Of a DNA stretch of 64,000 nucleotides, positions 39,542 through 48,863 are shown piece by piece. The notes beneath the pieces are model-generated. The model saw only the letters and a program-made list of their open reading frames with translations. It made no database searches and was not told the DNA's origin. This DNA comes from a bacterium (GTDB lineage: Bacteria > Zhuqueibacterota > Zhuqueibacteria > Residuimicrobiales > Krinioviventaceae). The position numbers were made by a program, and so were the translations under genes. Positions within the stretch are counted from its first letter, which is position 1. The number at the start of each line of letters is the position of its first letter. Where the stretch lies: NCBI GenBank assembly GCA_963693055.1, contig OY843751.1:3488001-3552000 (forward strand), given 5' to 3'.

Positions 39542-39730
39542 ATGAAAATGGATCGCAAAAAAATCGTTATCAAGAATTCAAAAGAAACCCATGAAGAACG
39601 GCTCAATCTTTTACCAGAAGAGTGCGTTTTGTTGGTGTGGGAGTTGACAAAAGAAGTGTACGGACTGACAGGGAAACATGATGTTGAACAAAGATTACAA
39701 AGAAATGTTGTCAATATTATTAAAAAATAA
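39542..39730 (+). CDS. Small 62-aa protein, probably leaderless
   Basis: TTGAAA-17 nt-TATACA lies directly upstream of the ATG. PEE..LLVWELT...RLQR.VV resembles small proteins I recall being encoded next to nucleotidyltransferases. Confidence 0.6.
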   Translation: MKMDRKKIVIKNSKETHEERLNLLPEECVLLVWELTKEVYGLTGKHDVEQRLQRNVVNIIKK

Positions 39731-39742
39731 GCTAAAACTGAT

Positions 39743-39786
39743 CGTGATGCAGATGTCTGCATCACGGCATATTAACTCGGTACATT
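39743..39786. repeat. Palindrome-containing direct repeat, copy 2
   Basis: Perfect palindrome cgtgatgcaga-tg-tctgcatcacg followed by gcatattaactcggtacatt. Confidence 0.75.
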
Positions 39787-39974
39787 TATCCTGAAAAATA
39801 TTTACATTTTTAAATTAAATTATGCTGATAGGATAAGACTTTAAGGACAAATAATCTGAACAAAATTCTACACAACATTAAATTGCATGGCTTTATTGAT
39901 AATTTATTATAATTTAGGGAAAGTATTATTCAAAACAATTTAAAACTCAAAATATTTAATAAAGGGGAATTTAT

Positions 39975-41729
39975 ATGGGGATTTTAATCAAAGTAGCGCG
40001 AGTCCAAGGATTTCGAGGTTTAAAAAATATTGAAGTAGAACTTAATAAAACTACTATATTAACAGGAATGAATAATAGTGGAAAAACAACTTTTCTGAAA
40101 GCCTTGCAATTAGCATTAGGGAATCGTCAATTTATATCACAGGACGATTTTTTTATACATGAAAATACAATATCTGAAAAAATAATAATCGATTTATTAA
40201 TTATTCCTTTAGATAATGATAACAAACAATGTGAAAATTTTTCGGAAAATTGGGAAATTCTGTTTACTACAGAAAGAATAAGGTTTAATACGGCAGGCCA
40301 GGCATTTGTTCCACTTAGAACCATTATTACATTCGATGCAATAAAAAATAATTACAGGACCGAACAATTCATTCAACAAGAATGGCCAGAATTTATCAAG
40401 GGGGACACAAATTGGTTTGATATTGATAATGGTAAAAAAACTAACTTTCATTTTGACGAAATCCCCTTCCACTACATGGATGCACAACGTGATATTTTGG
40501 AGGATACAAAATTAAGGAATTCATATCTTGGTAGAATGTTATCCAAAATTGAATACTCACCTGATGATATCAAGGATATCGAAGCACAAATCAAAACATT
40601 GAATGAAAGAGCAGTTAACAGTAGTGAGATTTTAACTAACATCAAAAAAACATTAATAGAGTTAGATACTGCAATGGATAGTAAGAGTGATGGTATCGAA
40701 ATCACACCTTTTACAAAAAAAATTCGTGATTTAAATAAAGGGTTAACTATTTATTATTCCGATAATGAAGATAGTTTTTCAATGGAATATCATGGTATGG
40801 GAACAAGAAGCTGGTCTTCGCTATTAACGCTTAAGTCATTTATTTCTTTGCTAACACAATATGCTAAAAAAGAAGACACTGTATTCTTCCCTATTCTTGC
40901 TATAGAAGAACCTGAAGCTCATTTACACCCCAATGCACAGAAGAAACTCTTCAAACAGATAGATACTATGACTGGTCAAAAAATAATTTCAACACATTCA
41001 CCCTATATAGCTGCAGTTGCGGAAATAGCACAGATTCGAAACTTTTACAAAGATATTAATGTTTCTTGTGGAAAAATAGAAATCGAAAATTTAACAGATG
41101 AAGATATCAGAAAAATTAAAAGACAGGTAATCAATACAAAAGGTGAGATTTTTTTCTCTAAAGTTATTGTTTTTTTTGAAGGAGAGACAGAAGAACAAGC
41201 TTTACCCATTTTAGCACTAAAATATTTTAATAAAACACATGTTGAAATGGGTTTAGACTTTGTAGGTGTATGTGGTTTTGGAAATTACCTCCCTTTCTTA
41301 AGATTTGCTGAAAATTTAAGAATTCCATGGTTAATTTTCAGTGATGCTGAAAGCGACATTAAAACTAAAGTCCAAAAACAATTTGCTGATTGTAGAACAT
41401 CAAAAAATGCAAGTGATTGTATTATTTTTGTTGAAGATGGGAATGATTTTGAAAGGCAACTTATTGCGGATGGTTATAGTGACGAAATCAGACAGGCAAT
41501 CGCTTATTTTGATAATTATTGCAATGATCATCACAAAGCAGCAAGAGAAAAGGAAATAAAAGGGTACAATGATAGTAAATTATACGAAATTATCACAAGT
41601 AAAAAAACTCAATTCGCTCCTGTTATAGCAGAACAAATTATTGAAAGTGATAAAGAGTTATCCCCAAAATTAATAGAACTTTTTGATAAAATTTCTGTTA
41701 TATTAAAATTAAAAGAGGAAGAAGCGTGA
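39975..41729 (+). CDS. OLD-family ATP-dependent nuclease (ABC ATPase + TOPRIM), GajA-like
   Basis: FRG, Walker A GMNNSGKTT, HGMGTRS, Walker B IEEPEAHLHP, STHSP, TOPRIM FFEGETE...FSDAE. Confidence 0.9.
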   Translation: MGILIKVARVQGFRGLKNIEVELNKTTILTGMNNSGKTTFLKALQLALGNRQFISQDDFFIHENTISEKIIIDLLIIPLDNDNKQCENFSENWEILFTTERIRFNTAGQAFVPLRTIITFDAIKNNYRTEQFIQQEWPEFIKGDTNWFDIDNGKKTNFHFDEIPFHYMDAQRDILEDTKLRNSYLGRMLSKIEYSPDDIKDIEAQIKTLNERAVNSSEILTNIKKTLIELDTAMDSKSDGIEITPFTKKIRDLNKGLTIYYSDNEDSFSMEYHGMGTRSWSSLLTLKSFISLLTQYAKKEDTVFFPILAIEEPEAHLHPNAQKKLFKQIDTMTGQKIISTHSPYIAAVAEIAQIRNFYKDINVSCGKIEIENLTDEDIRKIKRQVINTKGEIFFSKVIVFFEGETEEQALPILALKYFNKTHVEMGLDFVGVCGFGNYLPFLRFAENLRIPWLIFSDAESDIKTKVQKQFADCRTSKNASDCIIFVEDGNDFERQLIADGYSDEIRQAIAYFDNYCNDHHKAAREKEIKGYNDSKLYEIITSKKTQFAPVIAEQIIESDKELSPKLIELFDKISVILKLKEEEA

Positions 41730-43564
41730 TTGTCACTATAGAATTATCTGAAAAACAAAAAAAAATAGTTTATGCTGAAAACGGACCAATCTATGTTAAA
41801 GCAAGTGCTGGAAGCGGCAAAACACGTGTTTTAACGGAAAGAGTACGCTATTTACTTGGTAAAACTAACAAAAAAGTTCTTGCTCTAACCTTCACAAACA
41901 AAGCAGGAAAAGAAATAAAAGAAAGATTAAGTAGTATTCAAGACTTAGAAAAACGTGTTTTCGTAGGAACATTTCATAGCTTTTGTCAATCTGTCCTTGA
42001 GAACCATGGTGGTTTGATTGGATTAGAACAAATGCCTCATATTTTCGAAGACGATATTGATAGAATTGAGCTAATAGAAAAGGTTATAAAACAAACACCA
42101 TCGTATGCTAATAAATATTATAAACAAGATAAAAATGAACAAAAAAAATTTCTGTATCGTGCTTTAAATTTTATTTCTAAAATGAAACAAAAATTAATTG
42201 CAGACAATGAAATTGGTGAACATACTGATAATGAAGATATTATTTTATTATATCAAAACTATCAGGAAATTTTACGATCTCAAAATGCAATAGATTTTGA
42301 TGACTTGCTTTTACTTGCTTATAACTTACTAATTAATTTCACCCAAATAGCATCATTATATAGACGAAACTTTTTTGCTATTTGTATTGATGAAGCACAA
42401 GACTTGAATAATGCTCAATACCAACTTTTAAGAGCTTTAACAAATAATGAATTTAACAATGTAATGTTGGTAGGTGACCCTAATCAATCAATCTATCACT
42501 TTAATGGTTCATCACCAGATTTTATGGATAAGCAGTTTGTAAATGACTATAATCCCTTCATAGTTGAACTTGTTGAAAATTATCGTTCATCAAAAAAAGT
42601 ATTAGAAGCAGCAGGTAAAATCATTACTGACGCGGAATATATAATAGGAACGATCAAAGAAGGGCATTTTGAAATAAACAGTTTGGAGGATGAAGAATTA
42701 GAAGCTCAGTGGGTTGTTGACAAGATTAAAGAATTAATTTCATTAAAAGCACATAAAGATATTGAAGGTAAAATTACATATGAAAAAATCGCAGTACTTG
42801 CACGGAATAAATATATATTCAATCAACTAGAAGCTCAATTATACAAAGCTAATTTACAGTTCTACTATAAAATGACACCCGGTGCTTTACAATTTGAATC
42901 TGAATTAATGAAGATATTTGACCTTGCATTTAGGGTAAAGTTAAATCCTCAAGATCTTTTACATAAACAAAGATTATTAAATCTTATAGAAATTGATACA
43001 ACTACAAATACAGAAATAAATAATTTCATTCCAATGGTCAAAGATGAATTAGTTAAAAATTTAATCAAACTGGTAATAGAATTATATGATGATGGGAGTA
43101 ATATTATCAAGATGTTGGAAAATTTTAGGGACAGTTTAAATGTAAAAGATGAAAATGAAAAGAATATGATCTATAAAGACATAGATGAATTCCTCAAACA
43201 CTGGAAAAATTACGCTAAAAATACAGATAACAAATCCTTGCATCAATTTAAAAATTCAATGGCATTAGGGCAAACCCATTCATTGTCACAACACTCAGGT
43301 ATAACACTGAGTACAGTTCACACCATGAAAGGACAAGAATTTGATATTGTATTTGTCATTGGAATGGATAATGAGACTTTCCCTGATTATAGAGCATTAC
43401 GTAACGGGGGGATAGAGCTAATACAAGAAAAAAACAATCTTTATGTTGCTTTTACCCGCGCAAAACGTTTTTTATATATTACCTGGCCACAAAAAAGGAT
43501 GATGCCTTGGGGTGAATACAAAACACGAAAAATTTCAGATTTTTTAAAAGTATTCAATACCTAA
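41726..43564 (+). CDS. UvrD/PcrA/Rep-like SF1A helicase, GajB-like
   Basis: ASAGSGKT, LTFTNKA, GTFHSF, DEAQD, VGDPNQSIY, ENYRS, TVHTMKGQEF, YVAFTRAK; 4-nt GTGA overlap with the OLD gene. Confidence 0.9.
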   Translation: MIVTIELSEKQKKIVYAENGPIYVKASAGSGKTRVLTERVRYLLGKTNKKVLALTFTNKAGKEIKERLSSIQDLEKRVFVGTFHSFCQSVLENHGGLIGLEQMPHIFEDDIDRIELIEKVIKQTPSYANKYYKQDKNEQKKFLYRALNFISKMKQKLIADNEIGEHTDNEDIILLYQNYQEILRSQNAIDFDDLLLLAYNLLINFTQIASLYRRNFFAICIDEAQDLNNAQYQLLRALTNNEFNNVMLVGDPNQSIYHFNGSSPDFMDKQFVNDYNPFIVELVENYRSSKKVLEAAGKIITDAEYIIGTIKEGHFEINSLEDEELEAQWVVDKIKELISLKAHKDIEGKITYEKIAVLARNKYIFNQLEAQLYKANLQFYYKMTPGALQFESELMKIFDLAFRVKLNPQDLLHKQRLLNLIEIDTTTNTEINNFIPMVKDELVKNLIKLVIELYDDGSNIIKMLENFRDSLNVKDENEKNMIYKDIDEFLKHWKNYAKNTDNKSLHQFKNSMALGQTHSLSQHSGITLSTVHTMKGQEFDIVFVIGMDNETFPDYRALRNGGIELIQEKNNLYVAFTRAKRFLYITWPQKRMMPWGEYKTRKISDFLKVFNT

Positions 43565-43617
43565 AGAAGTTTCTTCTGGAAATAAAATTGTAAATTCGGT
43601 AATTACCCTCTAACGTC

Positions 43618-44937
43618 CTACATTTCCCACAAATACTCTTTAAATCCCTCAAAATCCTTGCCCATTTTTTCTGACAGCTTGGTCAGGCCCTTCAATTTCT
43701 CGAGAGCATCGGGGAGTTGATACTCGGTATCTAGCGCGCGATTGACAATTTCCTGAAACTTGCCGGGATGCGCGGTAGAGAGTACAATAGATGGTGAATC
43801 CACATTTCCGGATACAGTCTTGCGGTACCTCTGCAATGCCTGAACACCCACAGCCGTATGCGGATCAATGACGTAATCAAACTGATCTTGGATTTCCTTC
43901 ATTGTTGCAAGAGTGGTTTCGTCATCAACCGTGGTGGTCCACAATTTATTTGTAATCGTATCATAATCATCTTTGTAGAGCGCACGAATGCGTTCCCAAT
44001 TACTGGGATTCCCCACATCCATGGCATTGGACAAGGTGGATACTGATGGACGTGGACGGTATTTATGGGTCTCAAAATATTCGGGGATCACACTGTTATT
44101 GTTAACGGCAGCAATATATTGTTTCACCGCCAAGCCCATCTCCCAACCAAATAATCCGGCTGTTAAATTGCCAAAATTACCGCTTGGCACACAAACCACA
44201 ACATCCGATTTACGTTGGGCATATACCTGGAGTACACTCCAGAAATAATAAAAAGACTGCGGTATCAATCTTCCAATATTGATAGAATTTGCAGAACTGA
44301 GAGTCATCTTGTTACGGAGATCCTTGTCCGCAAAAGCTTTTTTCACCAATGCCTGACAATCGTCAAAGGTACCGTCTATTTCAAGTGCCTGAATATTATC
44401 ACCCAGCGTGGTGAATTGTTTTTCCTGCAAGGGACTCACTTTACCGGAAGGATAAAGCAATACAATCTGTACACCCGGAACATTATGATATGCATGTGCT
44501 ACCGCACTGCCGGTATCACCGGAGGTTGCAACCAGAATTGTTATCTCGCGGTGTTCATGCTGTACAAAATATGACATGGAGCGTGCCATAAACTGGGCAC
44601 CAAAATCCTTGAACGACAAGGTAGGTCCATGAAACAACTCGAGTATTTGCGTGTGCTCGTCAAGCGTATAAAGTTCAGGTGCAAAATGATAAGCATTATT
44701 GATAATCTCTTCCAGTCCGCTTTGAGGAATTTCATCCAGCAGATATTTGCCTGCTACAGCAAGGGCAAGTTCTTTATAGCTATAGGAAGACCATGATAAC
44801 AACTCGTCACGCGATACCGATGGCAATTGCACCGGCATATAGAGTCCGCGGTCTTTGGCCTGTCCCTGAAACAGGGCATCATGAAAACTGACAATATGTG
44901 AAGAATCTTGAGTACTGTATAATTTCATTTGTTTCAA
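43618..44937 (-). CDS. thrC: Threonine synthase
   Basis: LELFHGPTLSFKDFG, ATSGDTG, SANSINIGR, VPSGNFGN, STAHPGKF. Confidence 0.96.
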   Translation of the reverse strand: MKQMKLYSTQDSSHIVSFHDALFQGQAKDRGLYMPVQLPSVSRDELLSWSSYSYKELALAVAGKYLLDEIPQSGLEEIINNAYHFAPELYTLDEHTQILELFHGPTLSFKDFGAQFMARSMSYFVQHEHREITILVATSGDTGSAVAHAYHNVPGVQIVLLYPSGKVSPLQEKQFTTLGDNIQALEIDGTFDDCQALVKKAFADKDLRNKMTLSSANSINIGRLIPQSFYYFWSVLQVYAQRKSDVVVCVPSGNFGNLTAGLFGWEMGLAVKQYIAAVNNNSVIPEYFETHKYRPRPSVSTLSNAMDVGNPSNWERIRALYKDDYDTITNKLWTTTVDDETTLATMKEIQDQFDYVIDPHTAVGVQALQRYRKTVSGNVDSPSIVLSTAHPGKFQEIVNRALDTEYQLPDALEKLKGLTKLSEKMGKDFEGFKEYLWEM

Positions 44938-44945
44938 ATTCCGTT

Positions 44946-47384
44946 TTATGATAAATGAAAAGCAAGGCTTATTATATCTGCAAACACACCACCGGCGGTC
45001 ACTTCACGGCCGGCTCCGGGGCCCTGCACAATGAGCGGATTCTCATTATACCGCTCAGTTGTGATCTGTATAATATTATCCGTAGCTCCGGATTGGGCAA
45101 GAGCACTGCTCAAAGGTACCTCTTCAACAGCTACGCGACAGCCGTCTTTATCCAGTTTTGCAATATAGCGCAAAGCCATACCAATTTTCTCAGCTTCCAG
45201 GCGGCGTTGTTCAAAGGGTTCATCTATTGATGGCAGTTTTTCCCAAAATTCAGGCAAAGAAATATCTGTAAAATCTTCATCAAGTAAAGATTGCACCTCT
45301 ACATTATCCAGCTCCATTTTCAAACCAATCTCGCGTCCCAGAATTAGTAATTTACGTCCTACGTCCATGCCTGAAAGATCATCACGTGGATCCGGTTCGG
45401 TAAATCCTTTTTCATGCGCTTCCTTGACCACCTCACTAAAAGAACGATCTTTGGAAATGGTATTGAACAAATAGCTCATAGTTCCGGATAGGATACCTTC
45501 AATTTTATATATTTTATCACCGCTGTTGAGCAGGTTTTTAATGGTACCAATCAATGGCAAACCTGCCCCCACCGTTGTTTCGTAATAATAATGCAAGCGA
45601 TGGTCTTTAACAAGATCCATGATCTGGTCGTAATAATCCTGCTCCATGGTATTGGCTTTTTTATTAGGAGTTACAATATGAATACCGGAAGAAATAATGG
45701 TTTCATAGTAACTGGCAATAGTTGTGCTTGCGGTTACATCTACCAGAATTGAATTTGCAAGCTCAAGACTATGGATCTGTTCAAGCAATTGCTTGAGAGA
45801 AAAAGCATCATTGGAATTGTCCAATTGTTCACGCCAATTATCAAGATTGATGCCTTTTTCATTAAAGATCATTCGCTTGCTGTTGGTAATACCACAAATA
45901 TTTAAATGCAGATTATTTTCGGAAACGAGTTGCGCTTGTTTTTCACGGATTTGCTCAATCAGGGTTGTGCCAATGGATCCGGCGCCAATAATAAATACAT
46001 TAGAAATACGATGGGACAGATAAAAAGCACTGTGCATAACATTTACTGCTTTTTCTGCCTCTCCCTTGTTGACCACAAGCGATACATTTCTCTCACTCGA
46101 ACCCTGTGCAATTGCGCGAACATTGACAGAGTTTCTTCCCAATGCGCCAAATAACTTGCCGGAAATACCCGGAGTACCGGCCATATTTTCACCAACAGCA
46201 GCAATGATTGACAAATCATCGGTGCGGTCAATCTTGTCGATTTTACCGGAAAATAATTCAGCTTCAAATTCCAGCTCAAGTGTTTTGCAGGCATCCTGGG
46301 CCTGTGAAGAAAGAATAGCAAAACTGATACTATGTTCAGAAGAAGCCTGGGTAATCATTACAACATTAATTTTCTGTCTTGCAAGTGCGCCGAACAGTCT
46401 GCCGGCAATACCGGGAACGCCTACCATTCCACCACCCTGCAAGTTGATGAGAGAAATGCCGTTAAATGAAGCAATACCCTTGACCGGATGCTCAAAATCA
46501 CCCTTGTCCGGTGAGATAACAGTTCCGGGATTATCAGGAGCAAAGCTGTTCTTGATCAATACAGGAATATCTTTTTTGATAGCAGGCACCATAGTTTGTG
46601 GATGGATCACTTTGGCACCAAAATAAGACAATTCCATAGCCTCTTCATAACTCACTCGCGGTAATACAAAAGCTTCTTTTACCATACGGGGATCAGCGCT
46701 CATAAATCCATCAACATCTGTCCAAATTTCAATCTGGTCAACTTGAAGAGCTGCACCAAAAAGAGATGCGGTATAATCAGAGCCGCCACGTCCCAAAGTT
46801 GTGGTAATGCCCTCACCGGTTGAACCTATAAATCCTGTGACTATATATATTTTATTTTCAGTAATACGATTTTTAATGGCCTTGTAAGATTCTTGAAATA
46901 AAACACGGGCACCGCCATGTACATTATTTGTAAATAAAACCTCTCGTGAATCGAGATATTCTGCATCAAACCCTCTATCAGTCAGCAATTGAGTCATGAG
47001 CTGACAATTAAAACGCTCTCCAAAACTAACTGTATAATCCATGGTGCGCAATGAACACTCGTGTACAAGGCTAACTCCTTTTAACAAGTCATGCAGTTCG
47101 GTAAACATAGAATCCACAATTCCATCAATCGCTTTGTTTTTCAACTCGTTGGGGTAAACCTGCTGATGTTTCTCCCGAATCTGTTGAAGATATTCTCTGC
47201 CTTTATTTCCATCTTTTTCAGCGGTTTGTGCTGCCTGGATGAGCATATCGGTAACACCTCCGATTGCAGATAGCACCACAACCAGTGGACCATTATTGAA
47301 ATTGGATGTCACAATATCTGCGACATTGTTTACTCGTTCACGTGTAGCCAGGGACGATCCACCAAATTTCATAACTTTTAACAT
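44946..47384 (-). CDS. thrA: Bifunctional aspartokinase/homoserine dehydrogenase
   Basis: KFGGSS, TTLGRGGSDY, two ACT domains, YETTVGAGLP, EPDPRDDLSG, GPGAG. Confidence 0.95.
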   Translation of the reverse strand: MLKVMKFGGSSLATRERVNNVADIVTSNFNNGPLVVVLSAIGGVTDMLIQAAQTAEKDGNKGREYLQQIREKHQQVYPNELKNKAIDGIVDSMFTELHDLLKGVSLVHECSLRTMDYTVSFGERFNCQLMTQLLTDRGFDAEYLDSREVLFTNNVHGGARVLFQESYKAIKNRITENKIYIVTGFIGSTGEGITTTLGRGGSDYTASLFGAALQVDQIEIWTDVDGFMSADPRMVKEAFVLPRVSYEEAMELSYFGAKVIHPQTMVPAIKKDIPVLIKNSFAPDNPGTVISPDKGDFEHPVKGIASFNGISLINLQGGGMVGVPGIAGRLFGALARQKINVVMITQASSEHSISFAILSSQAQDACKTLELEFEAELFSGKIDKIDRTDDLSIIAAVGENMAGTPGISGKLFGALGRNSVNVRAIAQGSSERNVSLVVNKGEAEKAVNVMHSAFYLSHRISNVFIIGAGSIGTTLIEQIREKQAQLVSENNLHLNICGITNSKRMIFNEKGINLDNWREQLDNSNDAFSLKQLLEQIHSLELANSILVDVTASTTIASYYETIISSGIHIVTPNKKANTMEQDYYDQIMDLVKDHRLHYYYETTVGAGLPLIGTIKNLLNSGDKIYKIEGILSGTMSYLFNTISKDRSFSEVVKEAHEKGFTEPDPRDDLSGMDVGRKLLILGREIGLKMELDNVEVQSLLDEDFTDISLPEFWEKLPSIDEPFEQRRLEAEKIGMALRYIAKLDKDGCRVAVEEVPLSSALAQSGATDNIIQITTERYNENPLIVQGPGAGREVTAGGVFADIISLAFHLS

Positions 47385-47475
47385 ATGCTTATTCCTTTAT
47401 ATCCAGACAGTAAAACTTGTTTTTTAAAACATTCTATTACTGAATTTAAATTCCGGTTAATTAAAAAATAATAAA

Positions 47476-47557
47476 CCCTGATAAAATCGTATACTGTGTC
47501 GGTTATCCACACTTGGGTATGAAAAAGGCACAAAACTTGTGCCTCAAATTTTCAGGG
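47476..47557 (-). promoter_or_regulatory. Candidate structured cis-regulatory RNA in the thrA leader
   Basis: Closing stem CCCUGAAAAU/AUUUUAUCAGGG encloses hairpins AGGCACAA-GUU-UUGUGCCU and GUGUGG-AUAA-CCGACAC. Confidence 0.5.
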
Positions 47558-47584
47558 GAGTTGGAACATAAAATTTTGACTTTT

Positions 47585-47613
47585 AATTTAGTTCGAATCT
47601 GTAAAAATGTCAA
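47585..47613 (-). promoter_or_regulatory. Sigma70-type promoter of thrAC
   Basis: Minus strand TTGACA-17 nt-TAAATT. Confidence 0.65.
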
Positions 47614-47660
47614 GTAAAAAAATAAAAACTTGATTGAAGAAAATTGAGGAAAGATATATA

Positions 47661-47680
47661 GCCCGGAAAAATTTCCGGGC
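47661..47680 (-). terminator. Terminator hairpin after the acyl-CoA dehydrogenase
   Basis: gcccggaaa-aa-tttccgggc. Confidence 0.7.
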
Positions 47681-47690
47681 CATTTAAAAA

Positions 47691-48851
47691 TTATTTACCA
47701 GCCTTGGCAGCTTCGCGAATAAGCTTTGCTGCAACCACACCACGCTGGATCTGGTTTGTGCCTTCATAGATTTGGGTAATCTTGGCATCACGCATATATT
47801 TTTCAATAGGATAATCTTTCATATATCCATATCCACCAAAGATCTGAACAGCATCGGTGGTAACTTTCATGGCTACATCTCCGGCAAAGAGTTTAGCCAT
47901 TGCAGATTCTTTACCAAAATCTTTGATACCCGCATCTACCATCTTTGCGGTACCGTAAACCAAAGCACGTGCGGCTTCTACCTGGGTTGCCATATCGGCA
48001 AGCATAAACTGAATTGCCTGGAATGAAGAAATACTCTGACCAAATTGCTTACGTTCTCTTGAATAACGCACAGCATGGTCTAACGCGCCTGCAGCAATAC
48101 CAACAGCCTGTGCTGCAACACCGGGACGGGATTTATCAAGAGTTTTCATAGCAACCATAAAACCTTGGCCCTCTTTGCCAATCAAATTTTCTTTGGGAAT
48201 TCTACAGTCCTGAAATACAACTTCGCAAGTTGCTGAAGCACGGATACCCATCTTGTCTTCTTTTTTACCGAATTCAAGTCCAGGGGTACCTTCTTCTACT
48301 ATAAACGCAGAAGCACCACGAGAGCCTTTTGTAGGATCGGTCTGGGCAATTACCGTATAATATTTAGCAACACCACCATTGGTAATAAAATGTTTGGTGC
48401 CATTTAGTACATAATAATCACCATCTTTTTTAGCAGTGGTCTGAATGCCACCGGCATCTGAACCAGCTTCAGGCTCAGTTAAACAAAAAGCGGCTAAAGC
48501 TTCGCCGCTGGCAAGATCCGGTAAATATTTTTTTCTTTGCTCATCATTACCGGAAATCAGTATGGGAAACGTCCCAAGGGCGGTACCTGCCAGCGCTAGT
48601 GCAATACCTCCGCAAGCTTTGGAAAATTCTTCGGTAACCAGCGCCATCTCGGTTATACCACCACCGAGTCCTTCATATTCTTCAGGAATCCATAAACGAA
48701 AGAAATCCATACGAGCCATTTCTTTTACAACCGGCCATGGGAATTCAGCTTTTGCATCATATTCGGCGGCAACCGGCGCAATTTTGCCCTGGGCAAATTC
48801 ACGCGCAAGCTCTTGAAAGGCTTCCTGCTCTTCTGTTAAAAAATAATTCAT
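47691..48851 (-). CDS. Acyl-CoA dehydrogenase (butyryl-CoA dehydrogenase-like)
   Basis: FCLTEPEAGSD, NGTKHFITNG, RKQFG, QIFGGYGY, IYEGTNQIQR. Confidence 0.93.
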   Translation of the reverse strand: MNYFLTEEQEAFQELAREFAQGKIAPVAAEYDAKAEFPWPVVKEMARMDFFRLWIPEEYEGLGGGITEMALVTEEFSKACGGIALALAGTALGTFPILISGNDEQRKKYLPDLASGEALAAFCLTEPEAGSDAGGIQTTAKKDGDYYVLNGTKHFITNGGVAKYYTVIAQTDPTKGSRGASAFIVEEGTPGLEFGKKEDKMGIRASATCEVVFQDCRIPKENLIGKEGQGFMVAMKTLDKSRPGVAAQAVGIAAGALDHAVRYSRERKQFGQSISSFQAIQFMLADMATQVEAARALVYGTAKMVDAGIKDFGKESAMAKLFAGDVAMKVTTDAVQIFGGYGYMKDYPIEKYMRDAKITQIYEGTNQIQRGVVAAKLIREAAKAGK

Positions 48852-48863
48852 AACCCAATCCTC

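Noticed and set aside
39334-39786. Palindromic repeats as a CRISPR array
   Set aside because: Only two copies, about 370 bp of intervening sequence, and no cas genes.
47503-47511. Perfect DnaA box TTATCCACA
   Set aside because: Single copy with no cluster or origin-associated genes; it also falls inside the predicted leader hairpin.
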